The notes beneath the pieces are model-generated. The model did not search any database. It saw nothing but the letters and a program-made list of their open reading frames with translations, and was not told where the DNA came from. From the IMG/VR virus record IMGVR_UViG_3300037466_002047: a stretch of 36,382 nt of DNA; one strand, 5' to 3'. Both the position numbers and the translations under genes were made by a program. Each line of letters begins with the position of its first letter. Position 1 is the first letter of the stretch. Origin of the DNA: an uncultured virus (IMG/VR IMGVR_UViG_3300037466_002047). Its lineage: Duplodnaviria; Heunggongvirae; Uroviricota; Caudoviricetes. Below, in pieces: positions 26,617-34,483 of this stretch.

Positions 26617-27096
26617 CTATTCCGTCATTGCGTATTGGCCGGAGTTCGCCAGACGCGGTGAAGGATCAACAATTTTGAATCCAGCAATCGAGCGCACGTG
26701 CTCGCGCGTCTTGTGGCCGCCCGAATTGCCGTCATGCACAAACCAGAGCTTGCCCTTGATGTGGCGTAGCAAAACCATGACGTGATGATTGCGAGCTGCG
26801 ACCATGTGCGGCCCAGGTTTCGCGCGCGGGAATTTGCGCAGCCAATTTGCGGCAAGATTCAGATCGGGGAATATCCTGCCAAACAGGAATAGCGATGCCT
26901 CGCAGCCGCAGAAAGCGTGCGGGCATCCTTCCGGCCGACCGTCGACAACCTCATTTCCACTCGCGTCGGGAACGAAACGATGTGCATGCGCTTTGTGATG
27001 CAGGAGAGGTTTGGCCTGCGAGCCTGCGCAGCCGAAAAGACTGACGCCAACCGCCAGTGCAAGGCCGATCAGGAATTGCTTGCGATGTGGGGTCAC
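26617..27096 (-). CDS. Exported CHAP-like Cys/His protein
   Basis: Signal peptide, FCGCEAS...HHVMV...HDGNSG; GTG start overlaps the upstream stop. Confidence 0.6.
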   Translation of the reverse strand: MTPHRKQFLIGLALAVGVSLFGCAGSQAKPLLHHKAHAHRFVPDASGNEVVDGRPEGCPHAFCGCEASLFLFGRIFPDLNLAANWLRKFPRAKPGPHMVAARNHHVMVLLRHIKGKLWFVHDGNSGGHKTREHVRSIAGFKIVDPSPRLANSGQYAMTE

Positions 27097-27287
27097 TTTG
27101 TCTGCGCCTCCTCGTCCTTGAGGCACATTGCGGCTCCTGCCGCGAACAGAAGCGATGTTGCTAGGATGACGGCGCTGGACTGGGCCCAGCGCCAATCGCC
27201 TGTCCAAATTCCCACAAGAGTTGCCGCCACTAAGGCGAACAAAGAGATCACGACGGCGCTCATGCAGGATGAGTAAAACTCTCTCAA
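27093..27287 (-). CDS. Two-TM small membrane protein
   Basis: Two hydrophobic segments. Confidence 0.55.
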   Translation of the reverse strand: MREFYSSCMSAVVISLFALVAATLVGIWTGDWRWAQSSAVILATSLLFAAGAAMCLKDEEAQTK

Positions 27288-27434
27288 GCCGCCTCTCCCA
27301 TTCTCATGCTGTGCTTACTGATGGTGCGGGCCTGTCTCCGCAGCGAGAATAGTCCCCGGCTTTCTCCCACCCGTGCCGGGAACGGGGTGATAGCCCACAG
27401 CGCGGGTGATGCGGGGCACGCCGTGGGAGGAAGC

Positions 27435-27827
27435 TCACAAAGCGAGTTCAAGCTGTCCACGCGCTTGCTCATATGCCGCTGCGCAGACGCGGGCGCGCTG
27501 TAGATCGAGCCACCAAGGCTGCTTCGATCCGCGCAGGATGTATTCAAGAACCGTCCAGCCGACAGGCGAGTCCAGCAATTTGAGAAGCGTCCGCGCTGGC
27601 GGATCGACCTTGCCCTTGCACCAGTCGTAACAGGTGCGTTCGGGCGCATCTGTGAGGTGGTGAACGGCCGCTGCTGGCTTGTCGCGCGACAGCCGTTTTG
27701 CAAGTCCTGGAAACCATTTAGCGTCATTGCGAGAAGTCGCAATGATTTCGAGGACCGGCTTTTCTTCGCGAAGTTCCGCAACGGCTTTACTCGCGCTTTC
27801 CGGCGCGGCGTGTACGCTGATACGCAT
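27435..27827 (-). CDS. Putative DNA-binding protein in the CII position
   Basis: HTH-like AAAVHHLTDAPERTCYDWCKG; first minus-strand gene after cro. Confidence 0.55.
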   Translation of the reverse strand: MRISVHAAPESASKAVAELREEKPVLEIIATSRNDAKWFPGLAKRLSRDKPAAAVHHLTDAPERTCYDWCKGKVDPPARTLLKLLDSPVGWTVLEYILRGSKQPWWLDLQRARVCAAAYEQARGQLELAL

Positions 27828-27981
27828 GAAAGGCTCCCCAGCCCATTACACAACAGAACTGAATCGCAGCCCGTCCCGGCGGCTTGCGGAGTGTCGATCG
27901 CTACCGTGGGCCGTGAGCGAGACCGGCCAAGGACACTCACTGCGAACTGAGAATTGGAATTTCTGGCTGGCCCCTCTGCCA

Positions 27982-28026
27982 GAAAGAGCGGGCCGACTGG
28001 GTGTTGCGTTAGTACAGTCGGCCCGC
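27982..28026 (-). terminator. Strong hairpin, tR1-like
   Basis: Perfect 12-bp stem GCGGGCCGACTG/CAGTCGGCCCGC, 15-nt loop, then TCTTTCT on the minus strand. Confidence 0.5.
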
Positions 28027-28231
28027 CAGTCAGGGAGGTTACGCACGCGGAAATTGCATAACGAGAATGTGGAATCGTGGTTGATTTTGTTGCGCGGCGG
28101 TAACGCTCGGAAGTTGCACGAAAATCTGCGCAATGTGTCAAATTGCGCGCAAGTTGGTATTCCGATGCGGTCGTTTGTCCACAGAGCCGGTCATACCCTG
28201 CTGTCGTGCATAAGACAGTGGGGTATGAAGC

Positions 28232-28495
28232 ATGGCTACCCTGACAACAAACAGAGAAATTTACGAAACTGGGAACGAACCCGAATACGTCGTCAACGAT
28301 CTCAGCAGATGGGAGGATGCCGGCGATGGGATGATCCGAGTGTTCGTCGTGTCCCATCGCGGGAAAATCGATCGAGTCGAGTACTCTGTCGTCTGCTCGC
28401 CGGAGCGCTTGGACTACATCTGTCGGAAAGGGCACATGTTCGCCGCGGAGGCGCAAAGCAGCATTGCGATGCGAGCGGCGAAGGCGGGGCATTAA
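28232..28495 (+). CDS. Hypothetical protein convergent with cro
   Basis: 87 aa natural-looking ORF; stop overlaps the cro stop (TTAA). Confidence 0.6.
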   Translation: MATLTTNREIYETGNEPEYVVNDLSRWEDAGDGMIRVFVVSHRGKIDRVEYSVVCSPERLDYICRKGHMFAAEAQSSIAMRAAKAGH

Positions 28496-28698
28496 ACCGT
28501 CTCCGCCGGATACAGATCAGACCGAAGCTCGTGGCGTGAAATGCCGGTCTTGCGCTCGATTTCCAGCACGCGCTCAGCAGGCACGCGGCCGTCTTCCCAG
28601 CGCATGGCCGTCGTTTTGACGATTCCGAACATCCCCCCGAATTGCTCTAGGGTGAGCCCGTGGCTGGTCCGGTAGGCTTTGATCGGGTTGTCGTGCAT
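28492..28698 (-). CDS. Cro-like HTH regulator (YdaS-like)
   Basis: LTLEQFGGMFGIVKTTAMRWE...VPAERVLEIERKTGISRHELRSDLY. Confidence 0.88.
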   Translation of the reverse strand: MHDNPIKAYRTSHGLTLEQFGGMFGIVKTTAMRWEDGRVPAERVLEIERKTGISRHELRSDLYPAETV

Positions 28699-28702
28699 GA
28701 CC

Positions 28703-28733
28703 CTATAGTTGCCGATAACGCAACTATAGTCAA
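28703..28733 (-). promoter_or_regulatory. PR-like promoter with overlapping operator
   Basis: Minus strand TTGACT-N17-AACTAT; palindrome CTATAGTTG-N9-CAACTATAG; predicted +1 is the A of the cro ATG. Confidence 0.7.
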
Positions 28734-28791
28734 GGCCGTCGTTCCGTTTTCCGCTAACGACTGCGGAACTGGGCAAGGGGTATTGTTGCGC

Positions 28792-29142
28792 ATGGCGCAA
28801 CGCAAAACGAGAGCCGATCAGATCCATCGCGGGAAAACGCCGACCCGGCGTCACTTCCTGCCGGAATGGGCCGTCGCGCGCGGATTGAGCCAGGCAGACA
28901 TTTCCAGAGAGCTGGAAGTCGAGAAATCGACCGTTTCCCGCTGGTTCGGCGGCGTCATCCCCGACGATCGAAACCTAGACCGGCTGGTCGGCCTGCTGCA
29001 CATTGAAGTGCTGGACCTGTTCCGGCATCCCGACGAGGACTGGCTGGCCAAGTTCTTCCGGGGCCGGGATGAGAAGGAGCGCGAACGGATCAAAGCGACG
29101 CTGGAAACGGCGTTTCCGCGCCGAAGCGGCACGGAGGGGTAG
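28792..29142 (+). CDS. CI-like XRE-family repressor without a peptidase domain
   Basis: GLSQADISRELEVEKSTVSRWFGG HTH; divergent from cro; 116 aa. Confidence 0.85.
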   Translation: MAQRKTRADQIHRGKTPTRRHFLPEWAVARGLSQADISRELEVEKSTVSRWFGGVIPDDRNLDRLVGLLHIEVLDLFRHPDEDWLAKFFRGRDEKERERIKATLETAFPRRSGTEG

Positions 29143-29143
29143 T

Positions 29144-29392
29144 TTGGGCTGCCCCGTCCTGAAAATCGCGTCAGTGACATTCCTATTGGCGCTGGGCGGC
29201 CCGTCCTTGGCTCTGGACCGCCCTTCCCCTCCTCGGCCCACTTGGCACAAGGCTGGTGCCAATATCGAAGATTTCCAACGCGCCCGCGCCGGGTGCTTTG
29301 CCTCCGCGTCGGCCTACGCCGAGATGACCGACACCCGATGGACTATGATATTCATCGGCTGTATGCGCGCGAGCGGTTGGACCTACCGCTAA
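29144..29392 (+). CDS. Small exported protein downstream of the repressor
   Basis: GGAGGG RBS with TTG start; signal-like N-terminus; C...CMRASGW motif. Confidence 0.6.
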   Translation: MGCPVLKIASVTFLLALGGPSLALDRPSPPRPTWHKAGANIEDFQRARAGCFASASAYAEMTDTRWTMIFIGCMRASGWTYR

Positions 29393-29443
29393 TCTCTCAC
29401 AGTTAAGCCTTTCGACTGACAGCGGAATTATTGCGCTCGAAAA

Positions 29444-29500
29444 ATAGTTGCGTTTTTAGCCACTGACCCTATTGACCATTGTTGCGTTTTGCGCAACTAT
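29444..29500 (+). promoter_or_regulatory. PL-like promoter with two operator copies
   Basis: ATAGTTGCGTTTTTAGCCACT and ATTGTTGCGTTTTGCGCAACTAT match the PR operator; TTGACC-N17-AACTAT. Confidence 0.7.
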
Positions 29501-29549
29501 CCTTCCCACATTCGATGACGCCCCGAGCGGGCAAGTGGGAGAGACGGAA

Positions 29550-29723
29550 ATGGCCACCTGGAAACAAAACCCCGATCTGATGGATCGCCTCGCCACCGCG
29601 CAGAACCATCCGGCCAACGTCAATCAAGACATCATGACCTTCGCTGGCTTCTGCGACAGCCGCGAAGAACTTGAACGTCACGTCCTCCACTACGAAGCGC
29701 GCGCAAACAAAGCCGCGGCGTGA
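29550..29723 (+). CDS. Hypothetical protein, first gene of the left operon
   Basis: GGAGAG RBS; ATG at 29550. Confidence 0.65.
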   Translation: MATWKQNPDLMDRLATAQNHPANVNQDIMTFAGFCDSREELERHVLHYEARANKAAA

Positions 29724-29747
29724 GCCGCGAGTGGACATAACGCCGCT

Positions 29748-29897
29748 ATGAAACCGTGCCCGCGAAAGTGCGCTGATTGCGAAGGCGACGATCATCACTG
29801 GATGGTCGATTGCGACGACGAAACCGGCGAGCCTGTCGTTATCTGCAAGCACTGTGACGCCACGCGCGAATTTCAAGACGGAGATTTAGAGCCGTGA
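29748..29897 (+). CDS. 49-aa zinc-finger-like protein
   Basis: CADC...HHW...CKHC; GTGA overlap with the next gene. Confidence 0.55.
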   Translation: MKPCPRKCADCEGDDHHWMVDCDDETGEPVVICKHCDATREFQDGDLEP

Positions 29898-30142
29898 CCA
29901 ACCGCGAGTTCTCGTTTCCAGGCCAAGTCTACGAACCCGACTTACCGAGCCGTGGCGTCAGCAACGCCATGCGCCACTTCGATGCCGGGCTGCGCATCCG
30001 CCGGCTAGAAGAAGCCCTGCGCGAGATCAAGGCGCACATGGGGGCCTGCATCATCCAGCGGGCACCATCCGACGACGCGGTTATCTTCGACCACATCACG
30101 GCAGCCGAACGGCTCGCGTCAGACATTCTAAAATCCGAGTAG
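29894..30142 (+). CDS. Hypothetical protein
   Basis: Coupled ORF. Confidence 0.6.
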   Translation: MTNREFSFPGQVYEPDLPSRGVSNAMRHFDAGLRIRRLEEALREIKAHMGACIIQRAPSDDAVIFDHITAAERLASDILKSE

Positions 30143-30179
30143 CAAAATGCCCCGAGCGGGCGGGAATGGGGAGATGAGG

Positions 30180-30557
30180 ATGACTAGTCTCGCTTCTACC
30201 CGGGCATCTTCCATCAGTACGAACCGCTCTCAGGTGGGAGAGCACACGCCGGGGCCTTGGCAGGTTGGCGACGGACAAGGCAACGGTCATCGCGATTACA
30301 TCTATTGCGACGACGCGACGGGCTCCGCAGTCGCTACGGTCGAATTGCAATATGCCCCGCGCAATCCATTAGAGCAGCAAGCCAACGCGCGCCTAATCGC
30401 CGCCGCCCCCGACATGCTCGCGGCACTGAAAAAGCACGAGCGCGTCCTTTCCATGCGAACGACTTACGGCGCGAAGGCCAAGCCCACAGTCCAAGAACTT
30501 AACGACATGCTTGACGACTTCCGCGCCGCCATCGCCAAGGCCACAGCCGAACGTTGA
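30180..30557 (+). CDS. Phage accessory protein (HTPGPW...ANARLIAAAPD type)
   Basis: Recurrent phage motif pair; GGGGAG RBS. Confidence 0.75.
   Translation: MTSLASTRASSISTNRSQVGEHTPGPWQVGDGQGNGHRDYIYCDDATGSAVATVELQYAPRNPLEQQANARLIAAAPDMLAALKKHERVLSMRTTYGAKAKPTVQELNDMLDDFRAAIAKATAER
30182..30219 (+). repeat. Cassette left motif, copy A
   Basis: GACTAGTCTCGC-N13-TCTTCCATCAGTA. Confidence 0.75.
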
Positions 30558-30566
30558 CCGATGCTG
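30535..30566 (+). repeat. Cassette right motif, copy A
   Basis: CCAAGGCCACAGCCGAACGTTGACCGATGCTG. Confidence 0.75.
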
Positions 30567-30590
30567 ACTTTCAAAATGGGAGGGGATCAC

Positions 30591-30938
30591 ATGAACAAGC
30601 CAATCACCCTCGAACAAATGGCACAGCGCGATTTGGAACGCGCACTCCAGCACGCGAAAATCTGGGACGACATCTTCTCCAAGCTGTTCGATCCAAAGCC
30701 CGGGCCAGTCGTCAAGGCCCCTCCCCGCATCTCCATCCATGTCATGGGCGGCAGAGAGATCGCACACAACATCTACTGCGCAGACGGCGTGAACGCCCGC
30801 AACCAATGGGGATGGATTGTCGATCACGTCAAAGAGCACTTCGGCTGCGATGCGGATGACGTGGAGTGCATCGAATGCCCAGAGGGGGACATGATCGCGG
30901 TGTGCGGGAAGATTTGCGCATACGTGGAGATCGAGTGA
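30591..30938 (+). CDS. Hypothetical protein
   Basis: GGAGGGG RBS; Cys-containing C-terminus. Confidence 0.65.
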   Translation: MNKPITLEQMAQRDLERALQHAKIWDDIFSKLFDPKPGPVVKAPPRISIHVMGGREIAHNIYCADGVNARNQWGWIVDHVKEHFGCDADDVECIECPEGDMIAVCGKICAYVEIE

Positions 30939-31294
30939 TGGGCTTCAACACCGTCTTGGTCCTCCTTAACGATACTGTTGATTACGGCGCGAAGGACTCG
31001 CAAATCGGACAGCGCATCCTTGACGCGGTGCGCGCTTATCCGGCCCGTGATCGGGACAGGGGAAGGCTTGATATTTTCGCTCGTCCGGATGCTGGCGGCG
31101 GCGCTTCCTATGGCTCTGTCATTTCGCAGGCCCACGCCGACTATTCTCAGATTGTTGTCGTCGGCAGGAACTACGGTCGTCCTCTGCACGAATGCGCAGA
31201 TCTTGATTGGTACGCCGTAGATCAACTCAAGACGGCTCTTGAGAAGAACGGCTACCGCGTCACCAAACGGCGCAAGCCAAAGGAGGCCGCATGA
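30938..31294 (+). CDS. Hypothetical protein
   Basis: TGATG coupling; MGFNTVLVLLND start. Confidence 0.7.
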   Translation: MGFNTVLVLLNDTVDYGAKDSQIGQRILDAVRAYPARDRDRGRLDIFARPDAGGGASYGSVISQAHADYSQIVVVGRNYGRPLHECADLDWYAVDQLKTALEKNGYRVTKRRKPKEAA

Positions 31295-31393
31295 CCTCTC
31301 GCCCCTCCACCTACCTTCCCGAAGCTGTCGCCACAGTATCAGTTGCGTTGCTCCTTGCGTGCGGAATCGCTTGGCACTCAATCGGAGACGCAA

Positions 31394-31510
31394 ATGCTCG
31401 GATCGCTGATCGCAGTAGCAGTAGCGTTGGCGTTCATTGGGTTTCTGTTCTGGATTGTGCTGCGGATCGCGTTCAACGGCGTGCCTCTCGCTGAGAGGGA
31501 ATCGCAATGA
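31394..31510 (+). CDS. 38-aa single-TM peptide
   Basis: GGAG RBS; MLGSLIAVAVALAFIGFLFWIVLRIAFNG... Confidence 0.5.
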   Translation: MLGSLIAVAVALAFIGFLFWIVLRIAFNGVPLAERESQ

Positions 31511-31671
31511 CGCGCCGCGAGGAGATCGTGGTGTTGCAGGCCGAATATGCGCTGATGATGAACAAGCGCAAGTTCGCAGAAGCATCACGGGTATTCGGCC
31601 GGTTGAAGTCGCTAATGATGAGAGAGCTGAACGACGAAACGAAAACCAGTGGGAGCGTAGCAAGTGCTTAG
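31507..31671 (+). CDS. 54-aa hypothetical protein
   Basis: ATGA overlap; MTRREEIVVLQAEY... Confidence 0.5.
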   Translation: MTRREEIVVLQAEYALMMNKRKFAEASRVFGRLKSLMMRELNDETKTSGSVASA

Positions 31672-32452
31672 TCCGACACAGATTGCACAGAGAGACGGAA
31701 AGCTCACGGCGAGCCGCGTTGCTTGTTTGATGACCGGCGATGCCGAGAAAATCCTTAACCTCTGGCGCGAATTGACCGGCGACCCGTCTTTTGTGCCAGA
31801 GGACTTGTCAGACGTTTGGGCCGTGCAGCTCGGTTCCCATACCGAGGTTCTAAACCTTGATTGGTACGAGCGCCGCACGGGCAAGCCGGTTTCCCGGCGC
31901 GGCGATGTCGTCGTTCATCCGAACGATTGGGCGGCTTGCACGCTGGACGGTTGGGACGACGATTTGAACGCGCCTATCGAGTGCAAACACGTTGGCGGCT
32001 TTGAAAAGACGAGCGCGATCCTAGAGCGGTACGCGCCGCAAGCCCACTGGCAAATGATGATGACTGGAGCGGACAAGTGCATCTTTTCGCTCATCGAAGG
32101 CGCGCGAGAGCCGATTATCGAGATCGTCCCCTACGACCCGGCATATGCGGAGGAACTCTGGAAGCGCGCGGAATCCTTCATGCGCTGCGTCTTTGATCTG
32201 ACACCGCCGGTCGCGCTCGCGCCCATCGCTGCCCCAGTGAAGGCAGAGAAGATTTACGACATGACCGGGCAAAACGAGTGGGCCAGTGAAGCCGTGACTT
32301 GGCTGACGACTCGGCAGGCTCGCAAGGACAACGAAGCCGCCGACAAGGCGATCAAGAAACTCATTCCACCCGACGCGGCCAAATGCTTCGGACACGGCAT
32401 CCAAGTGTCCCGCAGCAAGGCCGGATCACTCAGCATCAGGGAGCTTGCGTAA
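31664..32452 (+). CDS. YqaJ / lambda-exonuclease-family recombination nuclease
   Basis: RDGKLTASRV, GSHTE, CTLDG, IECK and YAPQAHWQM motifs. Confidence 0.9.
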   Translation: MLSPTQIAQRDGKLTASRVACLMTGDAEKILNLWRELTGDPSFVPEDLSDVWAVQLGSHTEVLNLDWYERRTGKPVSRRGDVVVHPNDWAACTLDGWDDDLNAPIECKHVGGFEKTSAILERYAPQAHWQMMMTGADKCIFSLIEGAREPIIEIVPYDPAYAEELWKRAESFMRCVFDLTPPVALAPIAAPVKAEKIYDMTGQNEWASEAVTWLTTRQARKDNEAADKAIKKLIPPDAAKCFGHGIQVSRSKAGSLSIRELA

Positions 32453-32453
32453 T

Positions 32454-33137
32454 ATGCAGTCCGAACAGGTCAATGATCTATATGCCGCCTTGGCCAAGGC
32501 GCAGGCCAAAATTGAGAACGCAAAGCTGAACAAGGTCAATCCGCATTTCCGGTCCAAATATGCGGACCTGGCGGCCATCATCGACGCTACGCGCAAGCCG
32601 CTGGCTGAGCAGGGATTGTCTATCATTCAGACGAGCGAAGTTCGCGAAGGCAGCATGGTTCTGATTACCACGCTCGCGCATTCGTCGGGCCAATGGATTC
32701 GCAGCGAATACCCACTCCCTGTCGGGAAGCCGCAGGAAATGGGAAGTGCTCGCACCTATGCCCGCCGCTACGAGTGGAGCTCTATTACCGGCATCGCGGC
32801 CGATGAGGACGACGACGCCAACGCCGCACAAGCGAGCGGGCAGAAGATCGAGCCGACAAAGGTTGCCCCGCGCAAGGTGGAAGCCCCGATCAGCCCAGAC
32901 GGAGAGGTTTCCCCGCATGCGATCGCCTATGACGGCAACGCAATCGACTGGGGAGCACGTTACGTCGCGGCGCTGAAAGCGTCCTATCTCCCGACCGATC
33001 TCGCGGAATGGTCTTCTGCCAACCAAGCCACGTTGAGACAGATCAAAGACGAAGCCCCGAAGGTGTTTGCGCGTATCGAGGCGGCGGCAAAAGGCCGCCT
33101 GAACGAACTCACGCAAACACTGGAAGCGGCTGAATGA
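32454..33137 (+). CDS. erf: ERF-family single-strand annealing protein
   Basis: ALAKAQ...NPHFRSKYADL...HSSGQW...GSARTYARRY...DDDAN. Confidence 0.93.
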   Translation: MQSEQVNDLYAALAKAQAKIENAKLNKVNPHFRSKYADLAAIIDATRKPLAEQGLSIIQTSEVREGSMVLITTLAHSSGQWIRSEYPLPVGKPQEMGSARTYARRYEWSSITGIAADEDDDANAAQASGQKIEPTKVAPRKVEAPISPDGEVSPHAIAYDGNAIDWGARYVAALKASYLPTDLAEWSSANQATLRQIKDEAPKVFARIEAAAKGRLNELTQTLEAAE

Positions 33138-33463
33138 TCGTCAACGACGACAAGGCTGAAATCGCGCTGAGCTACCTCAACATGGACCCTCATCCGTTGG
33201 CTCTTGCGCGCAAGGACGTGACGGACGCGGAGAACAAGGCGCGGCAAGCCTATGCCCGCGCCTTCCTCGGCGCAGAGGGCTCGGTCGAGGCGCGAAAAGC
33301 TATGGCGGAAGTCTCATCGGAATACATGGCCGCGAAGAACGACGAGTCTCACGCCGCGCTGGAATTTGAGCGGCATCGCGCCCGCGTCAAAGGAGCGGAA
33401 ATGCTCCTGGAGATTTGGCGCAGCGAGCAGGCCAACGTGAGAGCTGCGGAGAGGGTTAGGTGA
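33134..33463 (+). CDS. Helical hypothetical protein of the recombination module
   Basis: Coupled ORF ending IWRSEQANVR. Confidence 0.75.
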   Translation: MIVNDDKAEIALSYLNMDPHPLALARKDVTDAENKARQAYARAFLGAEGSVEARKAMAEVSSEYMAAKNDESHAALEFERHRARVKGAEMLLEIWRSEQANVRAAERVR

Positions 33464-33819
33464 GGACGGTCCCCGAATGGATTGGCGCAACGCCAGACAC
33501 GCCCGTTCCAGATCGGGTGCGGGTGCGCGTGTTCGATGCCAAGGGCGGGCGCTGCCACAAGTGCAAGCGCAAGATCATGGCCGGCGAGCGGTGGACCTGC
33601 GAGCACGTTCAAGCCCTCATCAACAAGGGCGAGAATCGCGAGCGGAATCTCGACGTGACCTGCGATTGGTGCCTGCCGGTCAAGAACGCTGAGGACGTTG
33701 CGATCAAGTCCAGGAACTACCGCGTTCGCAAGGCACATCTTGGGGTGAAGAAGAAGCGCACCATTACCCGCTGGCGTCGCATGAACGGGGAGCCAGTCTA
33801 CGCGAACAGAGAACGATGA
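33460..33819 (+). CDS. HNH endonuclease-like protein
   Basis: CHKC...EHVQALINKG...NL..TCDWC. Confidence 0.85.
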   Translation: MRTVPEWIGATPDTPVPDRVRVRVFDAKGGRCHKCKRKIMAGERWTCEHVQALINKGENRERNLDVTCDWCLPVKNAEDVAIKSRNYRVRKAHLGVKKKRTITRWRRMNGEPVYANRER

Positions 33820-33836
33820 CGCACACAGATTTGGAA

Positions 33837-33881
33837 GACTAGTCACGCTGCGGAGCGTCGTTCTTCCATCAGTAAGAGAGG
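33837..33881 (+). repeat. Cassette left motif, copy B
   Basis: GACTAGTCACGC-N13-TCTTCCATCAGTA-AGAGAGG. Confidence 0.75.
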
Positions 33882-33888
33882 CCCTTAA

Positions 33889-34122
33889 ATGCCGGTCATG
33901 ACCGCCGTGTTCGACGTTTCAGACGAAGTTTGGAAGCGCAACCCGTTCGACATTGAGACGCCGTTCGGGAAGGCCGTTACCATCGCCCTAGGCGATTTGG
34001 CAGACCAAAACGACACGCTCAAGCAGGCCGTTGTCGGAATCAACATCGCCTTAGTGCGAGACGAAAATCCAGACGCGGCCGCACGCCTCGCAATTGAGGT
34101 CCGCGATGAACTCCAATTCTGA
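33889..34122 (+). CDS. Hypothetical accessory protein
   Basis: GAGG RBS supplied by the left motif. Confidence 0.7.
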   Translation: MPVMTAVFDVSDEVWKRNPFDIETPFGKAVTIALGDLADQNDTLKQAVVGINIALVRDENPDAAARLAIEVRDELQF

Positions 34123-34125
34123 CTC

Positions 34126-34189
34126 CCATGGCACCTCCGACCGTTGACCGATGCTGCCTCTCCCACGCGCTCCGGGTTGCATGAATTAA
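34126..34189 (+). repeat. Cassette right motif, copy B, with tail
   Basis: CCATGGCACCTCCGACCGTTGACCGATGCTG then CCTCTCCC..CGCTCCG..CATGAATTAA. Confidence 0.75.
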
Positions 34190-34193
34190 AATA

Positions 34194-34239
34194 GACTATT
34201 CCCGCCCTACATCTAGGATTCTTCCTTCGGTAAGAGAGG
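34194..34239 (+). repeat. Cassette left motif, copy C
   Basis: GACTATTCCCGC-N14-TCTTCCTTCGGTA-AGAGAGG. Confidence 0.7.
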
Positions 34240-34246
34240 ATAGAGA

Positions 34247-34483
34247 ATGGCGATCATCAATGCACACGGGAACCCGCATCGGCGCTTAGTCTATGCGTGG
34301 GAAGGTGAGATTGAGGCGCTACAGGCCGAAAACGCACGGCTACGGGCCGCTCTCACGCAATTCGTCGCCGCATGTGACACGGCCCCTCCCGTTTCTCTAA
34401 TGACGGAAATCGCGATGGCCCGCAAAGCGGCGGGTGAAGCCCTTGGCTTGGAGACCAAGGCACGCCCGAACGATGACCGATGA
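34247..34483 (+). CDS. Hypothetical accessory protein
   Basis: RBS from the left motif; EIEALQAENARLRAAL coiled coil. Confidence 0.7.
   Translation: MAIINAHGNPHRRLVYAWEGEIEALQAENARLRAALTQFVAACDTAPPVSLMTEIAMARKAAGEALGLETKARPNDDR

Noticed and set aside
27284..28492. 402-aa minus-strand ORF and 286-aa plus-strand ORF (27679-28539)
   Set aside because: Arg/Ser-rich unnatural composition; they overlap better-supported genes and hairpins
27830..29550. Alphaproteobacterial LexA box (GTTC-N7-GTTC) near the switch
   Set aside because: No convincing match found by eye
31291..31325. Possible fourth cassette left motif (GACCTCTCGC...CTTCC)
   Set aside because: Spacing and core differ, and no right motif follows
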